From Pseudomonadota bacterium (GTDB taxonomy: Bacteria; Pseudomonadota; Gammaproteobacteria; Burkholderiales; Eutrophovitaceae): a stretch of DNA of 64,000 nt. The position numbers were made by a program, and so were the translations under genes. The notes beneath the pieces are model-generated. The model worked only from the letters and a program-made list of their open reading frames with translations. It did no database searches and was not told where the DNA came from. The stretch is taken from assembly GCA_027624715.1 (NCBI GenBank), contig JAQBTV010000002.1, forward strand, positions 122,636 to 186,635, read 5' to 3'. Of the stretch, positions 39,238 through 47,400 are shown one piece after another (positions within the stretch are counted from its first letter, which is position 1; each line of letters opens with the position of its first letter).

Positions 39238-39388
39238 AGGACGAAAAAGAGCGAAGAACTACTTTGGGCTTAAATTCCGAGTGGGGCCCGTCAAAAAGGA
39301 TGGAGATTAGTTCTTATAATAGCTCGCGGTGCGACCAAAGAGTCCTCGGGATCAAGAAGGCTTGGCAAATATCTTGCCAGTCGTTCTT
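39238..39388 (+). ncRNA. Candidate structured RNA (sRNA or cis-regulatory leader), family unknown
   Basis: Starts just after the promoter; nested helices AGGAC/GTCCT, GAGC/GCTC, AAGAACTA/TAGTTCTT, GGGCTT/GGGCCC, then a 3' hairpin with TGGCAA/TTGCCA core. Confidence 0.45.
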
Positions 39389-39587
39389 AAATTTAAAAAA
39401 TGAATTAGCTAGGGCGGATTGTAACCGTAGAACGCGGTATGTATTTTGAATGCTCTGCGCTCTATTATTCGGCACCTCAGTTAGTTAAAGGTATTAAAAA
39501 ATTTGTATTTTTATTCATTGAACGTGGTAGCGCTTAATGTTGTAGGTGTTCGCGTTTTACCGATTGTTCCTGCTAGTCGAGGTATAG

Positions 39588-40343
39588 GTGTCAAGAAGCA
39601 AGAGAGATTTTCGTTTTAAGAAAAAAAGTGCTCCTACCGGGCAATCTGGAATTTCTGGACTACAAAGTGGCCGATTGAAGATAGTTTCGAATGCGCAAAC
39701 AGGCGTCGGTCGTGGTGTGCTTGATGCGGCGATTGAATTGGGTGCAGAATGCGGCGGAGCTTGCGCCGAAGGTCGAATGGCAGAGGATGGGTTCATCCCT
39801 GATAATTATCCGGTCACTGAGTTGTTGGGGGAGGATACCATTGAGAGCATTCGCCAAAATGTTAAAGAGAGTGATGGGACAGCCATTATTTATTTTGGTG
39901 ATATTGAAGAAGAGCCCGAAGAAGCCCTCGATTACTGTGTTCAACTTGGAAAACCGTATCGCTTGATAGACGGTGGAGAACTCCAGTCAGGGCAAGCTGC
40001 GAAAGTTATTGCTGATTTCATTAAAGATAAAGGATTGATGACGCTTCATATTATTGGCCCTAAGGCAAGTGCTTCTGATCGTGCTCATCGTTTCGGTTAT
40101 GAAGCGGTGCGAGCGCTTCTTGGTTTGGGACCTAAACAGCATCATCCATCGAGACCAAACATAAAAAAAACGCTAGACTCTGGGTCAGTTAGCAATGGAT
40201 CTTCGCAGGCTCCTTCGGGAGAGCAAGATGGAGATGCAAGTGAAAAACCTAACCAATCGAAGCCATCTGGACAAAGGAGAAGGCGCGGGACAGGAAGACG
40301 ATACCCTCGTAAGCCTACTGAATCTCAGGCGGATTTGACGTAA
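39588..40343 (+). CDS. Divergent SLOG-superfamily (putative molybdenum-carrier) protein with basic disordered tails
   Basis: KIVSNAQTGVGR, GRMAEDG.IP..YP, NVKESDGT resemble the family motifs; Arg/Lys-rich N- and C-termini. Confidence 0.75.
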   Translation: MSRSKRDFRFKKKSAPTGQSGISGLQSGRLKIVSNAQTGVGRGVLDAAIELGAECGGACAEGRMAEDGFIPDNYPVTELLGEDTIESIRQNVKESDGTAIIYFGDIEEEPEEALDYCVQLGKPYRLIDGGELQSGQAAKVIADFIKDKGLMTLHIIGPKASASDRAHRFGYEAVRALLGLGPKQHHPSRPNIKKTLDSGSVSNGSSQAPSGEQDGDASEKPNQSKPSGQRRRRGTGRRYPRKPTESQADLT

Positions 40344-40373
40344 AAACGTATTTAGTTTGGTTTCCCCCCCAGC

Positions 40374-40730
40374 ATGACTATGACTGGATTAAAAACACTA
40401 GCTCTAGAGCTAAGAAAGTTCGCGAAGGATCGTGATTGGGAGCGGTTTCATAGTCCTAAAAATACATCAATGGCATTGTCAGCAGAGGCTGGTGAGTTGC
40501 TGGAACATTTTCAGTGGCTTAGCGAGTCGAAATCATACCGGATCGATGAGTCCAAAAAATTGGATGTCTCTTTTGAGATGGCCGATATCCTTTTATATTT
40601 AGTTCGCTTGGCAGATGTGCTCGAGATTGATTTGATAGACGCCAGCCTTAAAAAAATATCGCTTAATCAAAAAAAATACCCCATAGCCTTAAGTAAGGGG
40701 AGTAAAAAAAAATATACCGAATTCGAGTGA
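40374..40730 (+). CDS. MazG-like nucleotide pyrophosphohydrolase (dCTP pyrophosphatase 1-like)
   Basis: RDWERFHSPKN, EAGELLEHFQW, EMADILLYL, KKYP. Confidence 0.9.
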   Translation: MTMTGLKTLALELRKFAKDRDWERFHSPKNTSMALSAEAGELLEHFQWLSESKSYRIDESKKLDVSFEMADILLYLVRLADVLEIDLIDASLKKISLNQKKYPIALSKGSKKKYTEFE

Positions 40731-40752
40731 ACTCAAGGTAGCTTACCTCGAT

Positions 40753-41589
40753 ATGTTCGCTTACAGACATTATTTTCACGCAGGCAACTTTGCTGATGTC
40801 TTCAAGCACGCCTTGCTGTCACAATTGATCATCAGTCTGCAAAAAAAAGATCGACCAATCGTATATGTGGATACCCATGCAGGTTTGGGGCGTTACGATT
40901 TAATGCATTCATGGGCAGCTAAAAACAAAGAATTTAACAAAGGAGTGAGTCAGGTTTTTGGCTCTGCTGATTACCCTGCAGCCATGGAACCTTATCTAAG
41001 AATACTTAATCTCAATAATAAGAATGGGTTGCTCAGGTGGTATCCCGGCTCTCCAGTTATTGCGCGTAGTTTATTGCAAGCTAGCGACCGTCTAGTCCTT
41101 AATGAGTTTAATGCTTCAGATGCGGAGCAATTGAGAGGGTTAGTTCGAGGATGGCCTAAAACCTCGGTTCGTAGCGAGAACGGATTTTCGCTGACTAAGT
41201 CAGTATTGCCACCTGCTGAGCGTCGAGGTCTGATCTTTATAGACCCCTCTTATGATCGTCCTGCAGAGTTTGATCGTATTGCATCCTCTTTAGAAGTTGG
41301 ACTAAAAAAGTTTTCGACAGGAGTTTTTGCAGTTTGGTATCCCGTGATGAATGACGAGGTTACGTATCAGTTTATTCGAAAACTTAAGACGCGTGGGCAT
41401 AAGTCGATACTTCGAGCAGAGATTTGTTTATCAAAAACTAAGTTTTCAGCCTCCATGAATGCGTGTGGGGTCCTGATATTCAATCCCCCTTTCCAATTTG
41501 AAGCAATCGTAGATATGATTGGGTATTGGTTATTACAAAGATTAGATTCGTCGGGAGACGGTCGGCTAATCAATCAATTAATTGATTGA
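40753..41589 (+). CDS. rlmJ: 23S rRNA m6A2030 methyltransferase
   Basis: YRHYFHAGNFADVFKH, DTHAGLG, YPGSP, IDPSY, NPPF. Confidence 0.93.
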   Translation: MFAYRHYFHAGNFADVFKHALLSQLIISLQKKDRPIVYVDTHAGLGRYDLMHSWAAKNKEFNKGVSQVFGSADYPAAMEPYLRILNLNNKNGLLRWYPGSPVIARSLLQASDRLVLNEFNASDAEQLRGLVRGWPKTSVRSENGFSLTKSVLPPAERRGLIFIDPSYDRPAEFDRIASSLEVGLKKFSTGVFAVWYPVMNDEVTYQFIRKLKTRGHKSILRAEICLSKTKFSASMNACGVLIFNPPFQFEAIVDMIGYWLLQRLDSSGDGRLINQLID

Positions 41590-42311
41590 TTGAGGCTGTG
41601 ATTATGAGTGTGCGCGTCAATATTTCTCCCTTAATACTCAAACCTGGTGAGTGTTTGGCTATTCAGGATAGTCTTAATGATTATCTTGCTCGAACCGATT
41701 TTGTGTCTAGTTCTGATCTCAGATCTCAGTACCATGAAGCAAAAGGCGTTCGGAGTTCGCCAAGCAGGGGAGTAGGGGCAGGCTCTGTATTTCACCGTTT
41801 AATGTTAGAAGAATCTGAGGATTTTGAGCTTGATCTATTAACTCTCACAGATGACTGGTTAGCTGGTGCTAACAGATCTTCGGGTTGTCGCTTGGACCAA
41901 TCCGATTTACATCGCATTAACGAAGCTCGAGAGAAACTTAACCATTGGTCCGGTCATTTGTTTTCTCATTGGATCAATCTTGGGCAAGTAGAGACCTCAA
42001 TCTATTGGAAAGATGAGGCATGTTCTCAATGGCGTGCAAGACCCGACCTTGTTATTCAAGATCTTGTTGTAGACCTGAAAACATTTTCCGGTAAGAACCA
42101 AAGACGATTTCTCAAGAGTCGTGATCGTCATGGTTATCTTATTCAGGCAGGACTTTACTTAGAGGCTCTTAGGCGTTTAAATGATAGGCCACTTGGATTT
42201 GCTTTTTTGTGTATTGATTTGACACCACCGTTTGATATTCGACTAGATGTTTTAGACAAGGCACAGATCATTTTGGCTCAGGACTTAATTTACCAAGTAA
42301 TAAATCAATGA
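41586..42311 (+). CDS. PD-(D/E)XK nuclease-like protein (RecE/exonuclease VIII, DUF3799-like)
   Basis: GSVFHRLMLE, ETSIYW, RARPD...VDLKT, YLIQAGLY. Confidence 0.75.
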   Translation: MIEAVIMSVRVNISPLILKPGECLAIQDSLNDYLARTDFVSSSDLRSQYHEAKGVRSSPSRGVGAGSVFHRLMLEESEDFELDLLTLTDDWLAGANRSSGCRLDQSDLHRINEAREKLNHWSGHLFSHWINLGQVETSIYWKDEACSQWRARPDLVIQDLVVDLKTFSGKNQRRFLKSRDRHGYLIQAGLYLEALRRLNDRPLGFAFLCIDLTPPFDIRLDVLDKAQIILAQDLIYQVINQ

Positions 42312-42558
42312 ATACCCACGTTAATGTGCGGGTAGGTGAGTTAATGAGTTGGCCGCATCAGAATTTAAAGTATTGTTCTTTGATGGGGCACTTTCCTGTT
42401 TGCATTTGCCCTATTTTACTGACCGGCAGCCAAGAGTACTTTTCATCTTGCCGGTTGACTCATCAAGATTTATTGCATTGCTTGAGTCACTTAGGTGTTT
42501 AATAATCTCATGAATCTCCTCTATAGCAATCGTGGTGTGATTTTTCAAATTGTTAAAT

Positions 42559-43746
42559 TTAGAACGATATACCTTCAAAAGGTATTTTGGCGATGAGGTC
42601 TATGGATTGATCATTGCGTTTGACTTTAATGGGTAACCAGTAACCCGGCACTTGGTTTTGGATCAGTTCAATTAGATCGGCACTTGTTAAAACGACTTGG
42701 CCGGCAGCTTCAACAATGATGTCATTTGTTTGAAGCCCTGATTCGGCTGCGATACTGTTTTTTAGTACATCGCCTACTACGATTCCGTTGTCACTATCGA
42801 TTAAAAAGATACCTAGTTGGTGTTTTTTTTTCTCCATAATAATCTCTGGCATTATGAATATAGCATCAGCAATTAATTTACCCTCTTCGTCAATGAGATC
42901 TAAAGAAGTGCAGTCGATACCGGCTGTTGTTGGAATCCAAGTCAAAATGTTGAACTCACCAATTGAATTAAGTTGGTGTTTTACTCCGTAGCCGTATGTT
43001 AAATGTCCCGAACCGAGAATCCCAACAACTACGCGAGAGGTATCCTTCTTCGCTTTTATTAATCCCTCTGCGAAGGCGCGATCCCATGTCAACTGCGCCG
43101 CTATGAAGTATTCCAATTGCTTGTTGTCACTACCCTCGTGTTGATAAAAAATGTCTGTAAGTGCCGCTTGATAACTGGGAGAGGCGGGAGCAGGTTCCGA
43201 AATAATACGATTGAACTTACTGCTATTTACTTGCCACCCATTCGTAGATACTTCCGATATGAGTTCTCTCGATATGTTTAGCGCATACAATGGGACTTGG
43301 TTATCCCTAGCAAAGTTTAATATTGGCGTATAGAGTTCGACATCAAAACGCCACAAGTGATACCAATTCGACTGTGACAAAAATTCTTTTAATGTTAGGT
43401 CCCCATTAACCCAGGCATCTAACGCTGGTTGGCTCGCGCGTGGAAGCATTTCCAAGCCAATTGCAATGTGATCTTTGTGGGCGAGTAACGCTGAGAGCAT
43501 TTGCGTTTGCCAGCGATGATGTTGGGCTTGGTCATGTTGTTCGCCTAATAAAATAAAATCCATATCGTCGGCGCGACTGAGGACCGCCGAATAGTTGACA
43601 GGAAATAAATCTGGTTCGCCTGGGATAACCCAAGTTCCTGGGGTGTTACATGAGACTGAAAGATCAATCGACCAAGCTTGAGATAGAGATAAGGAGATGA
43701 CGATTAAAACTTTTACAGCAATCACTGATAACGAGAAATTCTGCAT
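42559..43746 (-). CDS. ChaN-family (heme/iron-related) exported protein with C-terminal PDZ domain
   Basis: LLGEQHD, IGLEML, QLTWDRAFA, GSGH; PDZ-like LGI...SIAAESGLQTNDII. Confidence 0.8.
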   Translation of the reverse strand: MQNFSLSVIAVKVLIVISLSLSQAWSIDLSVSCNTPGTWVIPGEPDLFPVNYSAVLSRADDMDFILLGEQHDQAQHHRWQTQMLSALLAHKDHIAIGLEMLPRASQPALDAWVNGDLTLKEFLSQSNWYHLWRFDVELYTPILNFARDNQVPLYALNISRELISEVSTNGWQVNSSKFNRIISEPAPASPSYQAALTDIFYQHEGSDNKQLEYFIAAQLTWDRAFAEGLIKAKKDTSRVVVGILGSGHLTYGYGVKHQLNSIGEFNILTWIPTTAGIDCTSLDLIDEEGKLIADAIFIMPEIIMEKKKHQLGIFLIDSDNGIVVGDVLKNSIAAESGLQTNDIIVEAAGQVVLTSADLIELIQNQVPGYWLPIKVKRNDQSIDLIAKIPFEGISF

Positions 43747-43837
43747 GATGTTATAGCCTTTTTTTCGCGCTAGAAATATTGGTTTTATGTATGCTCTTCT
43801 TTGAAGTTTGGGGCGATTGGGTGAATTAAGTTCACGT

Positions 43838-44332
43838 TTATTCTGTTAGGCCTGTTGGCGTTATTGATTTACGTTTTTTGGAATCTCGAGCATTAATCTT
43901 TGCATAAATAAAATCTTGGTGAGCTACATATAACAAATCTGATATTTTACGAATGATGTGGTCTTCTTGTGGATCAACGTGATTATCAGAATGAGCCACT
44001 GACCACATGGATTTTATAAGCTCGCACTTTTGCCTATACGAGAATTCTTCATTAATGATTTTTGTAAGTGGATGGTATGCGGTGGGCCGATTATGAAGTT
44101 GTGACGCATCAATTAAAAGTTGGCCGGCTTCTGTCTTGCTGATGCTGATTAGATTTTGTAGTGATTCGACGGCCATCTCTAAATCTTCATGTGTTACGTT
44201 AGTATCAACTCGAGCTGCTTCATACAATAAAGAAGCCAGCACGCGACTAAGAGCAGTTGCCGTTACATTATCATTCGAGTTCGTTAGCTTTGAATCAAAC
44301 AATCGAGAAATTATTTTAATAAAGTGCATCAT
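43838..44332 (-). CDS. TerB-family protein
   Basis: LLYEAARVD, MWSVAHSD..VDPQEDHIIRKISDLL. Confidence 0.82.
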   Translation of the reverse strand: MMHFIKIISRLFDSKLTNSNDNVTATALSRVLASLLYEAARVDTNVTHEDLEMAVESLQNLISISKTEAGQLLIDASQLHNRPTAYHPLTKIINEEFSYRQKCELIKSMWSVAHSDNHVDPQEDHIIRKISDLLYVAHQDFIYAKINARDSKKRKSITPTGLTE

Positions 44333-44440
44333 AATTGGTAAATTTTCTTGGTTTAATTTTTAAACTTATTGCTTTAACATTAGTCTATCTTACATTCAGT
44401 TCAATAAATTTAATTTGGAGCCTTTAATCAATTCATAGGT

Positions 44441-47400
44441 ATGGGAAAACATATCAAAATTAGAGGGGCAACTCAAAATAACCTTAAGAATCTCGACTTG
44501 GATTTGCCTTTGGGAGAGGTGATTGCGGTCACTGGGGTATCTGGGTCTGGAAAGTCTTCCCTTGTTTTTGATACGCTCTACGCGGAAGGTCAAAGACGAT
44601 ACGTGGAGACTTTCTCGTCTTATGCCAGACAGTTTCTCGATCGAATGGATCGTCCGTTGGTTGCTAGTATAGAGGGTATACCCCCTGCTATCGCTATTCA
44701 CCAAGTCAACTCTGTTAAGACATCGCGTTCTACGGTTGGCACGATGACTGAATTGGCAGATTACTTGAAGTTATTGTTTGCTAAATACGCCAGCCTCTAT
44801 TGCCGCAGTTGTGCACAACCTGTTGTGATTGATGATGTCGAAAAAATTGTTGCCGTACTCCGTCATAAGGGATGGAGTCGAATTGTGGTGTCTGCGCCAG
44901 TTGTGGTTCCGAATAATTTTACGAATGAAGAGATTTATGGGTATTTGAAGGTACAAGGGTATGACCGTTTCATTGAATTGATGGGTCAATCGCATATAGT
45001 CATTGATCGTTTTGATATGAATCGTGTCGAAGATGCAAGAATGAGTGAGGGGCTTGAGGCGGCATTTCGAATAGGACAAGGTAAATGCTCAGTTACTCTA
45101 CACTTAAAGGGGGAGACGGCAGGTGCTCCTCTAAACTTTAGTAATCGTTTTCATTGCGCCAGTTGTGATATTGATTACTCGCCACCAAGTCCTGGACTTT
45201 TTTCGTTCAATTCGCCCGTGGGCGCCTGTTCAACTTGTCATGGATTTGGTCGTGTGATTGGTGTGGATATGGATTCTGTGGTCGTAGATCCTAACTTGTC
45301 TCTTGCTGAGGGCGTGATACGGCCATGGCGGACGGATAGCTATTCTGAGTGTCAAGACGATCTTATGGAATATGCCCAGCGGCGAGGCGTGCCTTTGAAT
45401 GTGCCTTGGCGTGAGATGTCCGATAAAGACAAGCAGTGGGTGTTGGAGGGGGAGCCAGAATGGGTCAGTTGGCGTAAATCGTGGCCAAAATATTGGTATG
45501 GAATCAGACATTTTTTTGGTTGGCTAGAGACAAAAGCATACAAAATGCACATTCGAGTGCTGCTCGCGAGGTATCGATCATATTCTCTGTGTCCAGATTG
45601 TCATGGAAGTCGTTTAAAATCCAATGCATTGCTATGGCGAATCGGTTCTGCTGAGAGCTCGGTAAATTCTTTTAGACATCCAGGACTGCATTGGACCCTA
45701 GCGCAATTAGATTCAATAAAGGGCTTATCCATACATCAGTTGAATACTTTACCTATTCGCGATTTAAAACGATTTGTTAACGCAGAAAAAGACAGTTGGC
45801 AGAAAGGTAGTAAAGATGACTCAAACCAGTTGGTTCTCGATCAAATTACATCCAGGTTAGAGTTCCTTGAAGAGGTGGGGTTGGGTTATCTTGCACTGGA
45901 TAGACAATCTAGAACGCTATCGGGGGGTGAGACCCAGCGACTAAATTTGGCAACGGCGTTAGGTGCGTCCCTGACTCAAACTTTGTTTTTGCTGGACGAA
46001 CCATCCATCGGTTTGCACCATAGAGATGTGGAGAGAATTATCAATGTAATTCAGAGGCTTAGAAATAATGGCAATACGATTGTAGTTGTTGAGCATGACC
46101 CACAAATCATACGAGCTGCTGGTTTTTTGCTCGATATAGGACCTGGAGCTGGAGAGGGGGGCGGTCACATTGAGTTTTTTGGGCGTAGCCGGGACCTTGC
46201 AACAAGCAGTGGCCTTACGGCTCAATATCTCTTGGGTAAACGGTCGATCAGTGACTCGGTAGAAGGTAGACCGGTCAAGCCGCTTCAAACTCAGTGGCTG
46301 AGTGTTTTAGGTGCCTGTCGTAACAATCTTAAACATATTGATGTGAGTATACCTCTCGGACATCTAGTCTCTATTACAGGGGTATCCGGATCTGGTAAAT
46401 CAACCCTCGTAGAGGACACCATTTTTAGAGAGATGACCCGCAATCTAACGGGTATGGGGATTTCTAATGATGGTTTACGCGGTTTTAGTAATCTACATCT
46501 CATTGACCGCGTCATCATGCTTGATCAAAGGCCAATTGGTAAATCCTCGCGTTCAAATCCGTTGAGTTATGTCGGTGCTCTCGATCCTATTCGCGACATC
46601 TTTGCAGCCTCACCAGGCGCACGCCAAGGTAAATATGACAAGAGTTATTTTAGTTTCAATGCCGGTAAAGGACGTTGTCAAACTTGTTTGGGTAGTGGGT
46701 TCGAACTGGTTGAAATGCAGTTTTTATCGGATGTATATCTGCGTTGTAACGCATGTGATGGTAAGAGATATGGCTCGGATATTTTGAAGATTCATGTCGA
46801 TTTGCCACACGTAGGTATGGCGAATATTGACGATGTTCTAAATCTAACAATATTTGAGGCAATTAAGACATTTAAAGAGGTTCCAAAAGTGTTTCGTAAG
46901 TTGCAGCCGCTAATTGATGTCGGCCTCGGCTACCTGAGGCTTGGACAGCCTGTGCCGACGTTATCTGGCGGTGAGGCTCAGAGGCTAAAACTTGCCACTT
47001 ATATCTCTGAGGTTTCAAGTCAGCCAGTTGCGCAAACACTTTTTCTACTGGATGAACCAACAACTGGGCTTCACTTCCATGATATTCAAAAGTTGCTGCT
47101 CGCACTGCGTACTCTCGTGAACCTTGGGGCTTCCGTAGTTATGGTTGAGCATAATCTTGACCTGATTGCTGCCTCTGATTGGGTTATCGATTTAGGCCCA
47201 GAAGGTGGGGATGCAGGTGGTCAGATCGTCTCTGTCGGTTCGCCTAAGGATTTATGCGCAGATCCAGCGTCTTTAACAGGGCGTGAGCTGGCCCGCGTTG
47301 ATAGTAGGGTAAGTTACGAGCAGATGGATAGACAGATCACTCTGGATGCTCAAGCTCGTGACTCATTTCCAAGTTCGATTTCCATCAGGAATGCCAGAGA

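Noticed and set aside
39238-39388. 6S RNA or Moco riboswitch identity for the structured RNA
   Set aside because: No zapA/ygfA context or recognisable 6S conserved segments; Moco-motif core elements not seen, and the RNA ends about 200 nt before the start codon
39264-39449. 61-aa ORF over the RNA candidate
   Set aside because: TTG start without RBS, no motif, and it overlaps a strongly base-paired region
42308-42502. 64-aa ORF after the nuclease
   Set aside because: Atypical composition and no motif; only the ATGA overlap supports it
28194-44332. terC and terB as a tellurite-resistance island
   Set aside because: About 15 kb apart, both stand-alone family members, no terA/D/E/Z
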